The notes under the pieces: model-generated
What the model saw: the letters and a program-made list of their open reading frames with translations, nothing else
The model's database searches: none
What the model was told of the DNA's origin: nothing
Part shown: one piece after another, positions 61,471 through 64,000 of the stretch
How positions within the stretch are numbered: position 1 is the first letter of the stretch
Layout: every line of letters begins with the position of its first letter
Made by a program: the position numbers and the translations under genes
Assembly (NCBI GenBank): GCA_977017645.1
Contig: OZ360223.1
Location: 204,662,001-204,726,000 of the forward strand
DNA from: Torpedo marmorata
Taxonomy: Eukaryota
Direction of reading: 5' to 3'
DNA length: 64,000 nt

Positions 61471-62189
61471 CAAAAACATATCTATCACATTTTTTTTCTT
61501 CAATGAATATGATAAATTGGATGCATGCTCTTTAAAATAAGTTGTATTTACTCTTTGGTAATTTAATGTTTACAAAAGATTTACCTTGATCCATAAATGT
61601 GTGTTAGTTATGTAAAATAAGATTGAAAATAAACAATTTTCCTTGACTTATACAACATAACTTATCATCAATGGCTACCAAAACAAAATTTAGATTATTA
61701 CAGGAGATCAGTGTCTCTATCAATTGATGCATAATCCTATAGGGTACACTGAAAATATCTCTGTAGTTAGGATCAGCACCTTTTAGTCACATTTTGTAGT
61801 TAGCATCGTGCTCAGTTAAAAAATCAGCAGGGGCCAAAACATTAAGCTTGAACTTTTTTTTTGTTTTGATTGGAAGTGTTGCATGTGTTAGGAAACGTTT
61901 ATCACCCACGAATGATTTGAAGTGCAGTTACTGTTTTACTGGAGATATTTGTCATCACACTGGGATGGCTAGTATCCTTTTTGCCAGAAAAACATGCCTG
62001 TCCAATGACTCACTGTTCCAAAATTGTGAGATAATGAAGGAAAATCCAAAAAATATATGTTTGCCGTTGACTGATTAAAAAAATAACTAGGAACAATGGA
62101 AAAACACTGATCCATGTATGGATACCATTCTTCTTGATACTTAGAACAAAAGGTTTTCCAGCTTCTCATTCTTTGCTTCTTAAATTGAA

Positions 62190-62380
62190 CCTGGAAAGGG
62201 CTGCCAGATGCAGTAGTGGAAGCAATACGATGTTAGCCTTGAAGAGATTTTTAATAGATATATGAATATGCAGGGTATGGAGGGGTATGGATCGTGTGAA
62301 GGTAGAAAAGATTAGTTTAATTTGACATTGTGTTTGGCACAGATATCATGGGCTGAAGGACTCATCCCTGTACTGTTATA
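62190..62380 (+). mobile_element. CR1 3' remnant
   Basis: atatgcagggtatggaggggtatgga...atcatgggctgaagg tail. Confidence 0.65.
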
Positions 62381-62560
62381 TGTGCTGGGATAATGGACTG
62401 TTCAAATGTTGAAAGTTCATGTCCAATAATAAGCTTGATAAGTACACTAATATAGCAATTATTATCTGAAGAGCGAGAAGTTGGGAAACTTTTCACTTTT
62501 CAATGGGTGACTTTTAGTATGGTACTTTTGCAATAATTTTTGTATTTTTTTTCAAATCAG

Positions 62561-62690
62561 GTAAGAAGAAAGCAACTCTGTTTGATACTCAAGCTCCAAT
62601 ATGCCCCATCTGTCAGGTACTGCTTCGTCCAAGTGAACTACAAGATCATATGGAACAAGAGCTGGAAAAGCTCACTCAGAGCAACATATG
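62561..62690 (+). CDS. RNF220: Internal coding exon of E3 ubiquitin ligase RNF220 (equivalent to mammalian exon 3)
   Basis: Acceptor tgtattttttttcaaatcAG (AG at 62559-62560) and donor GTATGA at 62691. The phase-1 exon translates (x)KKKATLFDTQAPICPICQVLLRPSELQDHMEQELEKLTQSNI, matching recalled RNF220 CKKKAAALFDSQAPICPICQVLLRPSELQEHMEQELEQL. The ORF track shows a different frame here. Confidence 0.95.
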
Positions 62691-62751
62691 GTATGATGTC
62701 TTTACTTTTTATTTACTCTTTTCAGGGTCATAGCATTGAACAATTTGCAGG

Positions 62752-62752
<1 letters not shown>

Positions 62753-62821
<69 letters not shown>
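62753..62821. repeat. (CA)n microsatellite
   Basis: Directly visible, about 60 nt downstream of the exon donor. Confidence 0.98.
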
Positions 62822-62823
<2 letters not shown>

Positions 62824-63714
62824 GAGCATGGGGGATACATTATAGTGAACTATCATGGAAGCAGGCAAGCTGATAAGATTTACACACAGATTATCAGTGT
62901 TGTCAGTGGTGATGGAGTGCACTTGCACCCAGTCACTCAGGCTGAGTTGGGATTGAAATGAACATCTATTACAGATGAGTTAAAGACTCTGCTTTGGTGT
63001 GTCCTTTGCAGCATCACTCATTGCCTGCATTTTTCACTTGGTTTACTTGTTTTATTTTGAATTTTCCTACTGATTTGCTTGGGTTAAATAAAATGAATAA
63101 TAGGAGAATTTCACCAATTTTATTTTGCGTGAGGCAGGAATGTTATACTGTACTAAACAGTAACCAGTAATTTGTGTGAAATGACTAGTGTGAAGTTTGC
63201 TAATGGGTAGTTTTAGTGTTTTAACTTGTCGATCGTTGCAGAGAGCTGAATGACACAGTGATATATTTGTCATTTAACTAGAGAATTGGCTACTGATTCT
63301 GAATATGAACCAACAATGTAATCATTCAGATTTGTTTTCAGAGGCTTTTTGTGTTTACATTCCATTTTGACAGTGTGAGAATATAGTCTTTAAATTGATC
63401 GCTAAATTCTGCTTGCTAGAGACATAAATTGTAAAAATCTGGACATCCAACTGGCTATCTTAAATCCATGTATGCAATGAAACTGTCCAACCAAACATGT
63501 CTCTATTGCCACGGCAATCTTGTGCAAGATATAAACTTTATTTATCACGCACCTTTTTAAAAAAAAGCTGTATTGAATCAGAATAGACCAATGTGTTTTA
63601 TTGTGTTATGTAGGAATAAATGCTGCATTTAACACACAGCTAACTGGCTCAGATGTTGTTTGGTCAAAACTCCTATTATGTTTTGAAAGGACATTTATAT
63701 TTAGGTGCTGAGGT

Positions 63715-64000
63715 ACATATAACCATATAACACTTACAGCACAGAAACAGGCCAGTTCGGCCCTTCTAGTCCATGCCGAACACCTTATCCCACCTAGTCC
63801 CACTGACCCGCACCCGGCCCATAACCCTCCATACCTTTCTCGTCCATATACCTATCCAACTTTTCCTTAAACATTAAAATTGAACCTGCATCTACCACTT
63901 CGGCTGGAAGCTCGTTCCACCCTCCCACCACCCTCTGAGTGAAGAAATTTCCCCTCATGTTTCCTCTAAACTTTTCCCCCTTCAATCTCAATCCATGCCC
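63715..64000 (-). mobile_element. Young CR1 3' end (runs off the window)
   Basis: LKGEKFRGNMRGNFFTQRVVGGWNELPAEVV; tail similar to 55893-56170. Confidence 0.9.

Larger units (their letters stand above)
1..62560 (+). other. RNF220: Inferred 3' part of the very long RNF220 intron preceding this exon
   Basis: No upstream RNF220 coding exon is recognisable in the window; the equivalent mammalian intron is known to be very large. Confidence 0.75.

Noticed and set aside
62540-62845. 101-aa ORF in the track
   Set aside because: Wrong frame across the real RNF220 exon; the HT repeat is the (CA)n microsatellite.
1-64000. CRISPR arrays, rRNA or prokaryotic operons
   Set aside because: None seen; the sequence is eukaryotic intronic DNA.

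Overview
AT-rich vertebrate genomic DNA, most likely a cartilaginous fish (ray or shark). This is inferred from the repeat set: HE1-like V-SINEs, Deu-domain SINEs, CR1, Rex1/Babar, fish-type L1 and Penelope-like elements. The only host coding exon I can support is a 130-nt RNF220 exon at 62561-62690 (+), so 1-62560 is very probably the 3' part of one very long RNF220 intron, filled with nested transposons and CNE-like blocks. Most short ORFs in the track are TE debris or noise. Most notable observations: (1) spliced CDK11 N-terminal coding fragments in permuted order, fused to a Gypsy-like pol tail, PPT and 147-bp LTR (78-857); (2) a perfect 121-bp inverted duplication of apparently unique DNA 1.8 kb apart; (3) Penelope terminal repeats with a variant hammerhead motif, including a 473-bp foldback; (4) a CpG-rich NRF1/CRE promoter-like patch with divergent splice donors at about 28.8-29.1 kb; (5) a full-length L1 nested in a composite hAT MITE; (6) a two-L1 chimera inside one TSD pair; (7) an AG|GTAAGA recursive-splice-like start of the RNF220 exon. 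Homologies are recognised from memory; no database search was run.
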